DNA of 36,399 nt from NCBI RefSeq assembly GCF_001194135.2, contig NC_068987.1, positions 86,536,380-86,572,778 of the forward strand, written 5' to 3'. The notes below the pieces were generated by a model. It was not told the origin of the DNA. It saw only the letters and a program-made list of their open reading frames with translations, and made no database searches. Below, one piece after another: positions 1 through 10,804 of this stretch. Each line of letters starts with the position of its first letter. The first letter of the stretch is position 1. The DNA comes from Octopus bimaculoides (Eukaryota). A program made the translations under genes and the position numbers.

Positions 1-209
1 TCTTGCCATGGAGGAATGTAGTGGCGGACAAAAAACAAAACAGCAAAACAAACAGAAAAGGCTTTACGGCCAGACGAGAAAGATTATGTGTGTATGAACG
101 CTGTGAGGCACGAACTTGAAAGTAGGGACGAAGTGGTTCACGTGTTTGCTCGGCGATAGCCAAGGAAGAAAAGGATTATTGACCGGAAGCATGTGACCAT
201 GCCGGTGTA

Positions 210-381
210 AGGGGAAGAGAGAGAGAGAGTGGTAGAGGGAGAACCAAACGGAGGAAGTAGAAGAATAGGTGAGCAACAAGAGGAAAAGAGAAAGAGAGGA
301 AGAAAGAGATCCGTAGTAGTAACAGAGGAAGAACGAGAGGGGTAAAGTGAGATACGTAGTAGTAAAGAGGAAGAACGAGAG
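210..381. repeat. Purine-rich (GA/GAG) low-complexity tract with a ~33-bp imperfect direct repeat
   Basis: gagat(c/a)cgtagtagtaa(c)agaggaagaacgagag occurs at ~306 and ~349. Confidence 0.7.
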
Positions 382-399
382 ATATATGATTGTTAGTTT

Positions 400-480
400 G
401 TGTATGTGCGTGTGTGCGCATGTGTGTACCATTATGTCTGTGTTTCTCACTTACCACCGCTTGACAACTGGTATTGTTGA
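400..480 (+). mobile_element. Internal fragment of SINE family B
   Basis: (TG)n followed by ccaccgcttgacaactgg resembles the ccatcgcttgacaaccgatgctgg segment of the family B copies at 11.2-11.6 kb and 24.3 kb. Confidence 0.5.
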
Positions 481-555
481 TTTTAAATCCCGTAACATGA
501 TTTTATCGTCGATTTTGAAGATAAGTTTCCTAGTAATTTTGAGGTGCTGGTTTCA

Positions 556-1257
556 AAACTCAAACTCACTAGAATGTTCCTCGTGCCATTCAGTAACGAC
601 TTTGGCTGAGTGAATTGGTGCATTATCATCCTGAAAGATTGCATTTCCCTCCGGAAACAATTCTGCAACCATAGGATGAATTTGATCAGATAAAATGCTT
701 GAATAGTCTTGACTATTAATTCTGTTATGAAGGGAAACAATTGGGTCAGCGGAGTTCCAAGATATAGCCCCCAAATCATCAAAGAGCATCCTTCATGTTT
801 AACAGTTGGAAGAAGTCAGTCTGGGCCAAATGCTTCCTTTGGCTGTCTCCACATGTATACTTGGCCGGAGGTCGGAAATAAGGATAAGGATGACTCGTCT
901 GGGAAAATAACGTTCTTTCATTGCTCTAGGGACCAAGTCTGTAGGTTTTTACTCCACTCTAAACACTTTGCAACGTTTGCATTTGAAAGTAGTGGTTTTC
1001 TGATTGCAGCCCTCCCGTAAAATCGAGCTTTGCGTAACTCCCAGCGAACAGTTTTTGTAGAAATTGGGTTCTCGAGGTAGGTGGTCATTAAGCTGGGCAA
1101 TAATTTTGGGAGATATATTTTTGTGATCCCCTCAAACAATTCGCGTAAAGAGTCCGACGGTCCGTTTTGGTTTTCTTGCGGAGTTTTGTTTCAACGAGGA
1201 GGATTTTCTCTCTTTCTCAAAGGGTGTCATTCCTTTCGAGACAGTACTTCTTGATAC
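556..1257 (-). mobile_element. Tc1-family (DD34E-type) transposase pseudogene; 5' end lost in gap, 3' truncated
   Basis: Minus-strand translation gives VSRSTVSKGMTPFEKERK, then TKTVRWELRKARFYGRAAIRKPLLS, KNVIFPDESS (first D), PTVKHEGCSLMIWG/AISW and FQDDNAPIH (second D). In-frame stops at ~918 and ~826 and a 1-bp frameshift at ~770. The WPxQSPDLNxIE motif is missing. Confidence 0.92.
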
Positions 1258-1517
1258 NNNNNNNNNNNNNNNNNNNNNNNNNNNNNNNNNNNNNNNNNNN
1301 NNNNNNNNNNNNNNNNNNNNNNNNNNNNNNNNNNNNNNNNNNNNNNNNNNNNNNNNNNNNNNNNNNNNNNNNNNNNNNNNNNNNNNNNNNNNNNNNNNNN
1401 NNNNNNNNNNNNNNNNNNNNNNNNNNNNNNNNNNNNNNNNNNNNNNNNNNNNNNNNNNNNNNNNNNNNNNNNNNNNNNNNNNNNNNNNNNNNNNNNNNNN
1501 NNNNNNNNNNNNNNNNN

Positions 1518-1553
<36 letters not shown>

Positions 1554-1777
1554 GGATATAATTTCTGTATTTGTGTATTAAGGCTACCATTGGTTTCATG
1601 TAGGGAATGTAGGAATACATCCTAGTGTCTTAACGATTTTTCAAGCCGATCAAACGGAGAAAGGTGTTCGCCTCCAATTCTCCTGTTATCAATGAACTCC
1701 AAAACTTGAACTGGATAATGTGGCACAACACTTGAGTAGTGGCGTTTACATGTCTTAATACTTATTGAATATTAGAA

Positions 1778-1968
1778 GACGGCGAACTGGTGGAAACGTT
1801 ATATGCCATGAAAACGCTTAGTACCATTTTGTTTGTATTTACGTCCTCACTTCAAATCCTACCGAGATCGATTTCACGCTTCATCATTTCGGGATCTATG
1901 CACTGGGCACGATGTAACCGATTGCCACCTCTGCTGATATTGCTGGTTTTGTGATAAAATCTAAAACT
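1778..1968 (+). mobile_element. SINE family A, degenerate
   Basis: ggcgaactggtggaaacgtt...cttcaaatcctaccgagatcgattt...tcatcatttcgggatc matches the order of motifs in the other family A copies. Confidence 0.7.
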
Positions 1969-2554
1969 AATACTCATTGAATATTGGACGAATCAAATTT
2001 TAAATAAATACTACTCTCTCCACAAATTTGTGTCATCATATAAATGTCTGAAATTATTGCCACCAAAATATGTCACTGCGGACAAACACATAAGATTTAT
2101 ATTAGAGAAATTTATACGAAATTGCATTTATTGCACGTTTAGTTTAAATAGTACAATGTATTTCTCATCAGTTGCTGCATAAATCATTCAGAGAGCCGAA
2201 GTCTTGAAACATGCGTTCTAAAAAGATAAAAATAAAGAAAATATCGAGAACAGTCTTCAATTAAATAATTACAGTAGAGCAATACAAAGCTCATATAATG
2301 CGTTGAGAGAATGAATGCATTATCAGAAAAGCAATCTTGCATTTAGAATGAATTCGTTATCTCTACTTCCATTTGTTGCGAATTATGAGGTTTGAAATTT
2401 CAACTGACAGGATGAAATATTCCTCACGTTTCCTAACTTTATTAGTTTAGATCATATTTATATTAACGCAAACTGTATTTTTATTATTCTGTCAGCATGA
2501 ATAAATATCGAACATTCGTATCAAAAGGAAGATTTCTGGTCAACACTATAGTTT

Positions 2555-2738
2555 ATATTTATATATATATGCGTATATATGTGAGAGTGTTTGTGCATGT
2601 GTGTGTATTCACCCCCACCATATATATAAATATATATACATATATATATATATAATACATCCTTTTGTTATTTACACCACCTGTCCTCGTATGTTGTTGT
2701 TTTTTCGTATATTCTCCCATATATATATATACGGATGT

Positions 2739-2771
<33 letters not shown>

Positions 2772-2806
2772 CACACACACACATACACACACACACACAC
2801 ATATAT
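2555..2806. repeat. (TA)n/(TG)n/(CA)n microsatellite cluster next to a gap
   Basis: Direct reading. Confidence 0.95.
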
Positions 2807-3824
2807 NNNNNNNNNNNNNNNNNNNNNNNNNNNNNNNNNNNNNNNNTATATATTCCTATGCATGTTTTTGTATATGTTCCTGCGATTCCTGATTTACTGG
2901 ATTATTAATTTAATGATGAATTGGAAACAATCTTCTTTCATTTCAAGTATTAAGCGTAAGATTTTGCCTGAATATCAAACATGTAAATGTCAATATAATC
3001 TTGTAACTTCTTTTCTCGATTTATTAGTGTTTTATTTAAGAATTTAAGCCATGAGTAATATTATAGATGACAAAGAAAGATATAAATGTGAAATTAAATA
3101 TAGTTTTTTTTTTCAGTTTAAAATCAGTATATTTCCAGAAATGACGTTAAGAATTAGAATTTCAATATTATTACTTTGAATGGAAAACAGGAAAAAATAA
3201 AGTTAAAATTATATTCAATTGATATAATAGAAATATTTCGATATTGTCTCATACCTTTACTTTTTGCTACACTATGTCATGCATTTTCTATTTGTCGCAT
3301 AGCGTGCCCTTTCTTAAATTGCAATATTTTATGCAACGTGGTTATTTATTGGCAATATACCTCAGAAAATTGCCTCTAATTGATAATTATTACACGCGTG
3401 CAAACTTGAAGTAAATCCAATGAAAAAGGGACAGATATAAATGGGAAAGCAAAGAGAAAAATGGATTATGCAATTAAATGAATAATACACGAAATCTAAT
3501 ATCTTCAAATATATGCATTAAGTTCATTTAAATTGTTATATAAAAAATATGGCTCAGGTAAACGTCTAAGAAAGGTAGGTTGGCATTGATTTCCGTTTCT
3601 AGCTATGTCGTCTTATTGCATAATTTCATCGACAGTAATTTTCGAGAAAGTATTTAAGCCCTCAAAGGTTCCTTGAAATGTGTGTTGTCGAAACAATTCG
3701 AAGGTATGTAAGTAAAACAAAATAGGAATCCAGTAATGGTAAACGAATCAGAAAACAAGTGATAAAGAAGGCGAACCAATATTTAAGTAAGTAATACATT
3801 AAACTACGAAGATCCAGTATACTA

Positions 3825-3951
3825 CGGGGTGTCCAAAAAGCCTGGGTACATGGAGATTAACACATACTTTAAGAAATTATTATTTCTTATATTTAATTGT
3901 TTATGTTATGATTTTATTTACTCAATCTACCCAGAGCTTGTGGACACCCTG
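3825..3951. mobile_element. 127-bp Tc1/mariner-type MITE
   Basis: TIRs cggggtgtccaaaaagcctgggta and tacccagagcttgtggacaccctg; TA on both sides (3823-3824 and 3952-3953); AT-rich interior. Confidence 0.88.
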
Positions 3952-4463
3952 TACAATCACAGGACATGTTATGACTAAAAATCCAAGTAGATAGCACAAA
4001 GATGTTATTATAACATATACAGGGATTCAATATTTTTTTTTCGCTAATAAATCTACGATTGTTGGTATTTGCTCTCTATGAATTTGCCTATTTTCGTTAA
4101 CGGTACAATATTATATGCTAAGAATTTTCAATAAACCAAAGTGTCGAAAATCTACATTGAACTAATTTCTGAGGGAATTGAAAAAAAAAAATCAAGAATA
4201 AATCTCTGAGCTATATGTAAATAGTAGCAGCACGACATCGTGAAGTATTTGCCACCTAAATATAGCTGACCCATATAGGACGATGCTACTGTAGTTTGTA
4301 GCCCTAGATAGACATCACCTCCAGCTAGCTAACGGTACACTGTCTGTGCCCAATCAGTATTTGCGAAGGGAAATCATCGTTCCCATCTCTAGTCTTACGT
4401 GATACACACGGACTTCGTTTCTGGGTGGTAACCCGCCATCAGCGTGTGACAATCACCGCCTAG

Positions 4464-5330
4464 TTTCTTTATTAAAGTCACAAGGCCTAAACAGGGGAAA
4501 TACATAGACATGCAGCAACAAAAAACACATGAAAGAATGAATATAAAATGAATTAAATTACAATGAATATGAGACGGTTTTCTCGGTCCCGTTCCGAAAC
4601 GAAACCGTGATTTCTTGTTTTACAATTGAACGTTCTTACAGTCCTTTCTTATTTTTTCCTTATTTGGATCGTACTTTTTTTTATTCTTTTAACAGTCTAT
4701 TTTCTTCTTTTTTTATGAAACACAAATTTTATTCACTTACTTTTAAATGTTCGTAAAGGGTTTCAAATCTTCTAATTCCACGACCGGTGGGAGCTCGTGA
4801 AACTCGACTTCAACCCCCAGCGGTTCCATGCAACTTCCAAACATCTCTTTCAATTTCTCAAATCTCTCTCTATCTCTGACTATTCTTTTAGTGTTTTCCG
4901 GGCACCCTCCCGGCGGCAGCTCTNNNNNNNNNNNNNNNNNNNNNNNNNNNNNNNNNNNNNNNNNNNNNNNNNNNNNNNNNNNNNNNNNNNNNNNNNNNNN
5001 NNNNNNNNNNNNNNNNNNNNNNNNNNNNNNNNNNNNNCACCACCACTTCCGTTGGTGCCTCGCTTCCACATCTCTTCCCCTCTGTCACAACCTCCTTCAG
5101 CCTTCATGTGCCCTTCTCGCTGCATAGGATACATGTTGGTGGTCCTCCGTCCATTGTTACTCGAAATCTGGTGTCCACGGGGAGCACCACCTCCTCCGCT
5201 ACACTATTCAAGCCTTCCAAAGATAGCTGTGACGTTGTGATCAATCCCCTGTGGCTGTTCTTCTAGGCAGCTTACTGTGCCCTTAGTATCATAGGATCTA
5301 CTTACCTGGTATCGGCCTCGTCAACCACGT
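4464..5330 (-). mobile_element. L1/Tx1-type element: ORF1 (Gag-like CCHC knuckle) followed directly by a 3' UTR and AATAAA, with no ORF2 seen
   Basis: Minus strand reads EEVVLPVDTRFRVTMDGGPPTCILCSEKG/HMKAE..C (frameshifted CX2CX4HX4C), then across the gap ...ELEDLKPFTNI* (stop 4743-4745). About 270 nt later comes AATAAAGAAA (4473-4464). Confidence 0.65.
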
Positions 5331-6911
5331 CCGTACCTATGAGAAACAATGTACTGGAGGCGTAGAAGGATAGGTGTCGTGGATATTTGATGGGGCGTCA
5401 CAAGCAAACAAGTAAACAGCCATATATACATTGCCCATGAGATCTAAACCGTCTGCAGGATATGGTCAACTTATTCTATGCTGTTATAAGTTTTGTAAGT
5501 TAATTTTTTTCCCAAATTGCTCTTAAAATGTTTTCATATACCGCATGCAAGGACATATGATGACTATGATACTATTACAGTTTAAATGAAGCCTGGAATC
5601 CTATGTATAAAACATGATCCACAGATCCAAGACAATGAGAAAGAAAAGGTTTTAGCGTAACGGAGAAGTGATATTAGAATATAATTCACCAATGATGATA
5701 AATTGGAAATGAAGGCACAAGCATTACGCACGTATACCGTTTACATACTCCATCATTCGTGACCCACTTAAAAGTAAGAGACGCGTTTCCACGTTCATGA
5801 GTCTCTAGCTTATCCTAAATGATTGAGCTTAATGAGATACTCGATTCTAGTATGAATTCCCTCTGGGAAAACGCTTTTCTTAATATCTACTTTACCAAAA
5901 CAACGTGATCTTCGTGAAGAAACGAATTATTCTTTAGGCATTCAATTTGCTCTTATCATTGTTAGTTATTGGAAATCTAGCGAAATAAATATCGGTGATG
6001 CATGTTTAAATGAAGATTGCGCTACAAGAACTAACGTGCTATACATTACATTGCAAATAAGTATTAATAGCTAAACCTGCTGGTCTTAAAATGTTCAAAT
6101 ATACACGTGCATACATACATAAAAACAGCAAAGAACACAACAGTACAGTGATAAGTGTCAGAAATATACACGCCATTGATACAAGAAATACTCGTACTTA
6201 TGTGTGCCTATACTACAGAATGCAAATCTATATACACCCAGTTATGCATATATCTGTGTGTATGCATCAGCATATATATCATTACACGCATACTCACACA
6301 CATACATAGATACATACATACATATATATGAATACATGTATGTATGTATATGTGTACGTTATACTTACAGAAATATTACCGTGGGGTGTCATTTAATCTT
6401 TTGATGTTGATAGAGTTAAAAAGACATGCCAGGTTTGAAATTTCTGTTTATGTTAGTTAATGCATATACACGTAATAAGATAAGAATCATAACTATGGGA
6501 TAATATCAGTTGGCGTACTTACCACACCGCTTAATTCCAGATTGAGGATTCCGGCTAGAAAATGTGTTAAAAGCTTGTCTTCTTTATTATCAGAAGTTTC
6601 ACATATGTCTCTATCTACATTATCGTACACACACACATACATACACATACATACACAAACACACAGAGTATGATAAATGCAAAATATAGTTCAAACGATT
6701 TGTTCGCTACGCACGTTTCACCAATGCCTGTGATTCAATCCTCTTGCAATGTCTGTTGACTGTACAATTGAATCCTGATCCACTATACTTCTTTAGGCAA
6801 GCACTTTATTTCAATATAGTGACACCGATCAATTGCTACTGCAATATATGGTGTGTCACTAAAATTTATTAGTATGGCTTAGAGAGGAATCACATGCACT
6901 TAAATTACAAT

Positions 6912-7066
6912 AGGTACAAGTCCGCTACTCGGCATCTACTCGGACTCCACTTCGGCCTCTATTCCAAAAGGATGTAAGGCAAATCGACCTCCACAGAATT
7001 TGAACTCGGAGTGTAAAAACGGAATAAATATATGCTGCTTACTAACGGTTCTGCTACCTTGCTGCT
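6912..7066 (-). mobile_element. SINE family A, 5' half
   Basis: Plus strand aaaggatgtaaggcaaatcgacctccacagaatttgaactc...ctaacggttctgctaccttgctgc is the reverse complement of the family A head. Confidence 0.75.
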
Positions 7067-7073
7067 TTGTTTT

Positions 7074-7150
7074 CAATTTTGACACAAGACCAGTAAATTA
7101 GGGGCAGGACTTAGTCGATTACAATGAACTCAAAACTCAAATGGTACTTA
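7074..7150 (-). mobile_element. SINE family A, 3' part, interrupted by the H1 element
   Basis: aattttgacacaagaccagtaaattagggg...gtcgattaca...ggtactta, then an abrupt switch to H1 sequence at 7153. Confidence 0.7.
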
Positions 7151-7152
7151 AA

Positions 7153-7425
7153 GCAGTTCTATATTTAAGAGATGAGGAATTATGTACATTATTTACATTT
7201 GACGGATGTTTGTCCACATCTTGTTTGTTGTTAATCCAACGTTTCGCCTGATATAAACTCCAGCCTTCATCAGGTGACATGGGGAAATTTTGAACCTGGT
7301 TTCTCATTCCTAAGGTATTTTTCAATGTTATTATTATTATTATTAGTAGTAGTAGTAGTAGTATTCATGTCACTGTCTGGAATCGAACGCGGAATCATGG
7401 GGTTAGTAGCCTGCGCTTTTAACCA
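7153..7425 (-). mobile_element. SINE-like element H1: tRNA-like head + (AAT)n + hammerhead-bearing 3' region
   Basis: Minus strand reads tggttaaaagcgcaggctactaaccccatgattccgcGTTCGATTCC (B box 7388-7379), then (TAC)n(AAT)n, then catt...cacCTGATGAaggctggagtttatatcaggcGAAACGTT..., ending cttaaatatagaactgc. Confidence 0.85.
7235..7278 (-). ncRNA. Degenerate minimal type I hammerhead motif (family H1)
   Basis: CUGAUGA-A-GGCUG-loop-CAGGC-GAAAC-GUU. One mismatch in stem II and a poor stem I. Confidence 0.55.
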
Positions 7426-7505
7426 TTAAGAGTTCGATTCGATGCAGTGGCCTGAATAATAATAATAATAANNNNNNNNNNTAAGAGTTCGATTCGATGC
7501 AGTGG

Positions 7506-7549
<44 letters not shown>

Positions 7550-7797
7550 GTAATAATAATAATAATAATAATAACAATAATAATAATAATAATAATAATA
7601 TTAATAATAAAAATAATAACATTGAAAAATACCTTAGGAATGAGAACCCAGGTTGGAAATTTCCCCAAGACGCCTGATGAAGGCTGGAGGTTATATCAGA
7701 AGAAACGTTGTGTTAACAACAAACAAGATGAGGACAAATATCCGTCAAATAATGTATATAATGTACATAATTCCTCATCTCTTAAATACAGGAATGT
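7426..7797 (+). mobile_element. SINE-like element H1, head partly deleted, inverted relative to 7153-7425
   Basis: ttaagagttcgattc...gcagtggcctga(AAT)n cattgaaaaataccttaggaatgagaacc...CTGATGA...GAAAC...cttaaatacaggaatgt; about 175 bp of 3' body closely matches the reverse complement of 7153-7330. Confidence 0.85.
7669..7714 (+). ncRNA. Minimal type I hammerhead ribozyme motif (family H1)
   Basis: GACGC (stem I) CUGAUGA A GGCUG gagguuauau CAGAA GAAAC GUU GUGUU (stem I'). Stem III is the ACGU palindrome. Stem II has two mismatches here but is intact (GGCUG/CAGCC) in the 23 kb copy. Confidence 0.7.
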
Positions 7798-7864
7798 ATT
7801 AACCCGTAAGAATATATTAATAGGAAGTTATGGTAGCGTTTCAAATTTTCATTTGATATTATGA

Positions 7865-8107
7865 AAGGAGTCGGCGAGATGGTAGAATCGTTAGCAAGTC
7901 GAGCAAAATGCTTGGAGATATTTCGCCCGTCTTCGCGTTTTGCGCTCCAATCCCGCCGGGGTCGACCTTACTTTTTATCCTTTATCCTTGCGAGGTCGAT
8001 AAAATAAGTACCAGTCGAGCACTGGGATCGATGTTATCGACTTAATCTATCACAAACACACACACCGAACTCGCTGGCCTTATGCCAAAATTTCAAACCG
8101 ATATTAT
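7865..8107 (+). mobile_element. SINE family A
   Basis: ggcgagatggtagaatcgttagc...ggggtcgacc...gaggtcgataaaataagtaccagtcgagcactggg...gctggccttatgccaaaattt. Confidence 0.85.
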
Positions 8108-9498
8108 GAAAGAAGTGGAACAAACTTACTTTATGCAAAACGTATTTCTTTCAATAGTCCATTTGAAACTACGATTCCTAGACGTGTGATATACATTACA
8201 AAAATATTTAGTAGAGGATACATATATGCATATGTTCAAATTGTATCGATCCTGTGCTATATTTTTACAGCTTCTAACATACGTCGTTCCTACCCAGGTA
8301 ACAGATCACATTACTGTACACCAAGCTAACACTATGAAATATCATGCCTTATAACTCAAAGTTGTAATATTTCCAGCTTTATCAAATGAACAATTGTAAA
8401 TTTCGTTAGGTGATTTATGCACAGTTAGTGACAAGATTTTAATCGCAGACTCGCAACAAGTTATGTGGTAACTATTCGTCTTGAAAAATCTGCTGAAGAT
8501 TAACAATCTTATGATGGTAACAGTAGTAGTCACAATACTATAATCTCTCCAAACAACTGAAAAAACAGAAAGAAAATAGAAGCAACAGCAGTAACATATT
8601 TATGAACATACCCAACCAAATACTTTTATAGAATACAGAGAAAAAACATGGCTTCAGAATTGTAAATGTCAGTCTCTAGTTTTTAATTTAAAAGCAGCTT
8701 AAAGTCAAGTCAATGTTACGCCCAATTAGAATGAATTATATAAAACCTCGCTTTGTATTGGTTTTCTTTGGTACAGCAACACTTAATCTGTTCTACAAAT
8801 GGGATCTCTGAACAATAACCGAATTTATAGGATTTGTGATTTAGCATTTTCTTCTATTTGGACGAATCAAATACCATTGGCAATGTTGAACTATATCAAT
8901 GAAAACGATATTTAGTTTTATTTAATTAAAACGGCATGTTTATCTATTACATTCGGCAAAATTGGCCAGCTATTTTAAAGCGGGAGAGCATAAGATTAAA
9001 TTGCCTGAACCATGAAATTACATGCATTTACGAATTACATGAAAATTACCCCCGTGGTAGAGGTTACTTTTTGTTCCCCCAATAAAATTAATAAAATAAG
9101 TACTATTCAATCTTGGAGACGATATAATTGACTCTGTCCTGCAGTAAATATGCGGTGTGTTGTAATGGGAGAGGACGCAACTGAAATAAGGGATTCTATT
9201 ATTTGCTTTCACTGAGCTACATCATTAAAAGTTGCCTTGTTGGCCCTTAAGATAGATTGATATACGTAAAATAAATTAAATCTTGGAAATCCGATTCTGG
9301 AGTGAGGCAAACAAAAGGTTCATTGATATCGACGCGCAAATACTGTCTCTAATAGCATCACTTGTATTATTACATATCTACCGCTGCATAAATGGGACTA
9401 GTGACAGCGAAGCATATCTGACGAAGAATAGACCGAAGGACGTTGAGAGACGTGACTTTCAGCGTAAATAGTACCATTACAAAGTAATGCTTTATGTA

Positions 9499-9722
9499 GG
9501 GCGGAAAGATGGCAGCAACGTTAGGTCGCCGGAAGAAAAGCTTAACGGTATTCATCTGTCTTTACGTTCTAAGATCAAATTCCACCGAGGTCAACTTTGC
9601 TTTTCATCCTTTCGGGGTCGATAAATTAACTACCAGTTGTGTACTGGAGTCGACCTAATTGACTGCCCCCCCCCCATTTCCCTCATAATTTCAGGCCTTG
9701 CGCTTGGAGTAGAAAAGAATAT
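9499..9722 (+). mobile_element. SINE family A
   Basis: atcaaattccaccgaggtcaactttgcttttcatcctttcggggtcgataaattaactaccagttg...caggccttgcgcttggagtagaaaagaatat. Confidence 0.88.
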
Positions 9723-9735
9723 CCGTTTTTATGTA

Positions 9736-9910
9736 AGGCGGTAAGCTGGCAGAACCGTTTGCAGATCGGGCGAAATGCTTAGCGGTATTTCGTCTGTCTT
9801 TACGCTCTGAGTCCCATGTCATCTGAGTTCGATGTAATCGACTTAATTCCTTTGTCTGTTCTTGCTTGTCCCCTCTAAGTTTAGCCCCCACCGTGGGCAA
9901 TAAAAAAAAT
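9736..9910 (+). mobile_element. SINE family A variant (internally deleted, different 3' end), tandem to the previous copy
   Basis: ggcggtaagctggcagaaccgttt...gaaatgcttagcggtatttcgtctgtctttacgctctgag; ends in gggcaataaaaaaaa. Confidence 0.8.
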
Positions 9911-10029
9911 CGATATCTGTATTTATGAATGTAGACTTCTTAAAAGAATACTCATATATGTATGTCTGTGTATACCTGTGCGTATGTATGTATGTGTGTG
10001 TGTGTGTGTGTTTGTGTGTGTCTTTGAAA

Positions 10030-10348
10030 GCACGTGGTTTAGTGGTTAGAGTATTCGGTCTTGAGTTTGATAACTCAGCGGTACGTTTCGTCCTTCACCG
10101 AGGCTTTATATTTTACGTTTCTGCAATCGCACGCAGCTGCGACCCACCCAAGTAGAATGTATTGTGCCTGTATTTGAAAAGGGCTAGTCTTGTCAAATTC
10201 GGTGTCACACTCAATCCCCATGAGAACTACATTACTGGGACACATGTCTGTGGAGTGCTCAGCCGCTTGCTTGATAATTTCATGTGCTGGGTTTTGTGTT
10301 GGTCGAATCAACGGGAACACAGGTGGTCGTAAACGTCGTAGTGCCAAC
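10030..10348 (+). mobile_element. SINE family C (tRNA-like head)
   Basis: gcacgtggtttagtggttagagtattcgg is an A-box-like head, followed by ...gagaactacattactgggacacatgtctgtggagtgctcagcc... Sits between (TG)n tracts. Confidence 0.65.
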
Positions 10349-10353
10349 TAACT

Positions 10354-10394
<41 letters not shown>

Positions 10395-10804
10395 ATGTGT
10401 GTGTGTGTGTGTGTATACTGCTCCTAAAACCTCTCTTAGAGATCAACGCAGTTGTACTAATAAGCAATGTTCGTAGCCACTTCAACATGGCTGTCCGTTC
10501 CAGCGAACTTTACTGCGATTTTTTAACCCCAATTGGATATCTCGAACTGATTAACGACGCAGAGGTGCATCTGAGATATTGCGAGCAGGGAAGCGAACCC
10601 CTACCAACTTCTAGCGAGGGAACCAACAGACCAGCCTGGTTTCAGCCTATTTCTTACTCTCTCAAGTACCTCGTCTGCTAGAGATAGTAGTAGCTCGCTT
10701 CTACTTGCAATATATATATAATTTCAAAGGACGTACAGTCGCTGATTTTACAAGTAAAAATGCTTGTTCTAAAATCCTTCTAAGAGATCAACGCAGTAAT
10801 TGTA

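Noticed and set aside
6705-6770. Minus-strand GAAACGTGCGTA resembling a hammerhead stem III and cleavage site
   Set aside because: No CUGANGA core at a suitable distance and no stem I.
7365-7425. tRNA-like sequence, considered as a tRNA gene (also the heads of families A, B and C)
   Set aside because: Lacks a complete acceptor stem and cloverleaf and is fused to repeat bodies, so it is a SINE head.
7426-7520. Exact ~40-bp duplication (taagagttcgattcgatgcagtggcctgaataat...) either side of a 10-N gap
   Set aside because: Typical unmerged contig overlap, so an assembly artefact rather than a real tandem repeat.
7140-7810. TSD around the large H1 fold-back
   Set aside because: Only TTAA is shared between the flanks, which is not distinguishable from chance.
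9418-9444. CTGACGA...GAAGGACGTT possible decayed hammerhead
   Set aside because: GAAAC is broken and there is no stem II or stem I.
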